DNA from: Lama guanicoe
Lineage: Eukaryota
Length of the DNA: 64,000 bases
Direction: 5' to 3'
Assembly: GCA_013239625.1 (NCBI GenBank)
Contig: MU053504.1
Location: 870,001-934,000 of the forward strand
Every line of letters starts with the position of its first letter. Position 1 is the first letter of the stretch. Position numbers and translations under genes: made by a program. Below the pieces are notes generated by a model. The model was not told the origin of the DNA. It did not search any database and saw only the letters and a list, made by a program, of their open reading frames with translations. Shown piece by piece: positions 60,681 through 64,000 of the stretch.

Positions 60681-62894
60681 TGGCCCCTTAAAGCACTTGA
60701 GTTTGTTTCCCTTGTCTGCTTCCTGAGTAAAGACTCAGGAAATGATAAAAGCTAACTCCTTCTCAACATCTCCTGCATGCTTGGTAGCATTTTAAGAGCT
60801 TGAGATATATAAGCTCATCTAATCCTCATAACAGCCCCATGAGGTAGGCACTGTTACCCCGTGTTATGGCTGAGGTTATAAACTGAGGCCCAGAGAAGTG
60901 AAGGAACATGTCAAGGTCACCAGAAGGAGCTGGACGGCCCCAACTGCTGTGCTCTAACATCCCACTCTGCCGCCTTTCGGAGGAGTGATCCCTTCCCTGC
61001 AGGGTCAGAGCAGAAGGCGGCACCATCTGCGCCAAGGCTGAGAGTGGAGAGGGCTTCCCAGCACACGCTGCAGGAACGTCGGCACAGGGTAGCAATGAGC
61101 CAGCCTTGGGAAGCAGTAGTCAGCCCCTCCGAATGAATCTTCGTCTGCCACCATCTTCTCCCTCAGGGCCTTGGCTCTGACTCCAGAGTTCAGCTGATTG
61201 ACAGCCCAGCATCTGGGTAATCTCTGGGTTGCCTGTCCCATGCTCAGGATGTTATTTTGTCGGTCAGCTCTAGAGACAGGGTCTCTCTGAGAAGAGAAGT
61301 TCTTGGAAACCAGTTCCAAACGCCAAATAACCAGACTGTCCTAGCATCCCCCGGTGACTCAAGATGGTCCTTTGTCAAAGGTCTGCAGAGCTGCTCTGTT
61401 GGCAGGATAAATGGTCCTTAGAGGACCCAGGAAGAGTTATTGATCTGATCCAGACCCAGGCATCCATGAAGATATTTTGTTCATTCTTTCATTCTTCCAT
61501 AGAAAATTGATTAGAGCACCTTCTGTGTACCAGCCACAGTTCTAGGCTCTGAGAATGCAGTGAGGACTGTGAAAAGGCTCTTCCTCCCAGAGGCTCACAG
61601 TCTAGTGGAGGGAGACATACAGATGGAAAATAAATGCTGCAACAAAGCATGATGACTGGCAAAACAGCTGTCATGACAAGGCACAATGGGCCCACCCAAC
61701 TGCGTTCTGAAGGGTGAGCAGGAGTCCTCTGGGGAGACAAGGCAGGGAAGGCTGTCACAGACAGAGAGCTGGCAGTTGCAGAGACAGAAGTGAGACGAAG
61801 TGGGATGTGTTGCAAAGTTTCTGGGGCTTTGGTAAGCATGGAGGGTACGTGTGAGGAAGTGGAACCAGGCAAGCCTAGAGAAATGGAGTGCTCCAGATGG
61901 GAAAGAGCTTTGAATGCCCAGCCAGGGGGTTTGGACTTGACCCTTTAGCCTGGAACAAGGTGCTTTAAATGGTCTTATGCAGCTGGATGACAGGAGGATT
62001 TTGGAGTTTCAGAGAGGCCACTCTGGAAGCAGAGGAATGGCCAAGCAGGGGTGAAGGGAAGCCACTAGAGGCAGAGAGATGAAAGAGGGGGCTGGTGAGA
62101 AGATGCTGGCAAGAGATAATGGGGGTCTGAATTCAGTAAACATCAGTCTGGGTAACAAGGAGGATGTGGATGGAGTGAAGATGGGGAACAGGCAGGAACT
62201 AGAGACTTAGATGCAGGGAGGAAGCGGAAGCTGGTGGAGGTGGGGGGCTGAGCTGGAGTTGATCTAGAAGATACTTCTGTGGAGGCAACACTGCCCAGAT
62301 ATGACCACAGGCAAAGGGGAGGGTTAGCGGCGACTCTTCACCACCGGCTCCGATGGTGACCAGGATAGGTGGGCTCCGTCACCAAGGACACGTAGGGGAG
62401 CCTGGATTTTCTGTAGTCTTGCAGGGCTGGTCTCTCAGGGCTGATGGAGACCAGAACGGGATTAGGGCAGAAAGAACTCCAAACATTGCCATCCTCTGAA
62501 TGTTAAAAGCCAAAAATCTTAAGAGTCAATACCTGGGAGAGAAATCAGTGTGGCTCCAGGTAGTTGGACCCACCATTCACTGCCTCCCTATCTTTCCCTC
62601 TGTTTATTTCTAAGTGCAGCCACACTTGCAGGTCTCCATTCACGATGCCTGCTCCGCCTCCAAGCATGTGTATGTGTAATTCCCTTTGCCTGAAATTCCT
62701 ACTGCCTCCAGGATTTCCTACCCTCTAAATGACTTAGGATTCCCCCCGTGCTCTGCCATCCTCTTGTCATGGTTCTAATCACAGCAAAGTGGTGGCCTTT
62801 CTTCTTATCCACCACCACTGAATGGTGGGTGCTTCAGAGATTGGAACTGGGTTTTATTCACTTCCTGATTTTCAGGGGCAACATGAGGCCTGAA

Positions 62895-63290
62895 AGGATG
62901 GAGGCAGATGGAGACATGGATGAATGGAAAGAGGAATTGATGGAAGAATTGTTGGAGGAATGGATGAAAAGGTGGATGGATGGATGGGTGGATAAACAGA
63001 TGGATGGATGGGCTAATGGAGCTACGGTTGGAGGGAAAGATAAATGGATATGTGAGGGATAGGTGGAGCAACAGATGGATAGATGGATAGATAGAGAGAT
63101 ATACAGATAAGTGAATGTATGGATTAGTGAAGAGATGAATAAAGAGTGAATGATTAGTGGAGTAAGAGAACGAGCAACTAATGAGTAGGCAAATAAATAA
63201 ATAAGTGAATAATCATAAAAATGGAAGAGCAAGTGAATTGATGAGTGATTGAGTGAATGAATAAGTAAATGGAGAAATAAGAGAATTAAT
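62895..63290. repeat. (GGAT/TGAA/GATA)n degenerate simple repeat
   Basis: Seen directly. Confidence 0.85.
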
Positions 63291-63347
63291 TAATAGATAA
63301 ATTATTAAATAAATTATTTGCATGAATAAAACCAAGCACAAATAGAT

Positions 63348-63450
63348 GGGAGGGTATAGCTCAGTGGTGGACTACATGCCCGGCATGCATGAGGTCGTGT
63401 GTTCAATCCCAGGTACCTCCATTAAAAACAAATAAACAAATTTTTTAAAA
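63348..63450 (+). mobile_element. tRNA-derived SINE, Vic-1-like
   Basis: gggagggtatagctcagtgg...gaggtcgtgtgttcaatcccaggtacctccattaaaa. TSD aagcacaaatagatggg / aagaacaagtagatggg. Confidence 0.85.
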
Positions 63451-64000
63451 AGAACAAGTAGATGGGTGAATGAGTCGATGAACAAAAGTGGTGAATGCCA
63501 TGGGTAATCTAAGCCACAAGTAATTATAACTTGGAACTCTGTCTGGTCCTTACTGGGTACTCAGTAACACCTGTTAAAGTCATGAATGAACAAATGAATG
63601 TTGGTAGATCAGTTGACCCAGGGATGTGGCAAACACTGAGGCTTCCTCAAAAGATCTGAATTCTAATCCCGGTTCTTCCCTTTGCGATTCTGTCACTTTG
63701 AATTCATCCTGTTCCTCTCTGAGCCTCCGTTTCCCCTGTGTAAAATGGGAGATTGTCTTTGTCAAGACTATTTTAAAGATGCAATAATCAGAGCCACCTG
63801 GCAATAGCAGGGGCTTAACAAAGGTTAGTTCACTCCAGTACCCCCGCTCTTTTTGGACTACTTGAAATAATTCTGGGTATATATATATATGCATATATAT
63901 ATATTTTTTTTAATTAACAAAGCCCCTACTATGTCTCGTCTCTCACAGAAGCATGCTTTCTCATTTATACATCTAAGCAGCTGATTTTAACCCATAGCAC

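Noticed and set aside
60700..64000. Search for PDYN exons (YGGF opioid motifs) expected downstream of SIRPA by human synteny
   Set aside because: No such coding sequence was seen in the window.

Overview
Mammalian genomic DNA, very probably camelid (camel or alpaca), judged from four tRNA-derived SINEs of the Vic-1 type and camelid-like L1 3' ends. The window holds most of SIRPA (signal-regulatory protein alpha, the inhibitory CD47 receptor) on the + strand. Seven coding exons can be spliced by hand with canonical GT-AG sites and consistent phase: IgV 13234-13587, IgC1 19818-20138, IgC1 20704-21030, TM 22787-22897, a 25-nt exon 25922-25946, a 40-nt exon 32361-32400 and the ITIM/ITSM exon 34873-35127. 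A ~2.25 kb 3'UTR ends at AATAAA 37361. The promoter and signal-peptide exon were not found and presumably lie upstream of the window. The rest is intronic or intergenic and rich in repeats (MIR, L2, L1, MER5, MER53, Tigger2, Vic-1-like SINEs). It also holds a decayed ERV-L provirus (53440-59972, minus strand) with nested insertions and a 1000-N gap. I do not see a wholly new multi-gene system. The strongest novel signal is a candidate 21-nt, frame-preserving microexon in the SIRPA cytoplasmic-tail intron (29198-29218). Its donor sits in a predicted hairpin, and a downstream alternative donor would turn it into a stop-containing exon. Other leads are tandem alternative splice sites, a divergent CD47-binding face, inverted SINEs flanking the IgV exon, two local duplications and an intact-looking CCAAT/octamer/TATA LTR promoter. 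Repeat family names come from recalled consensus sequences and have not been checked by a search.
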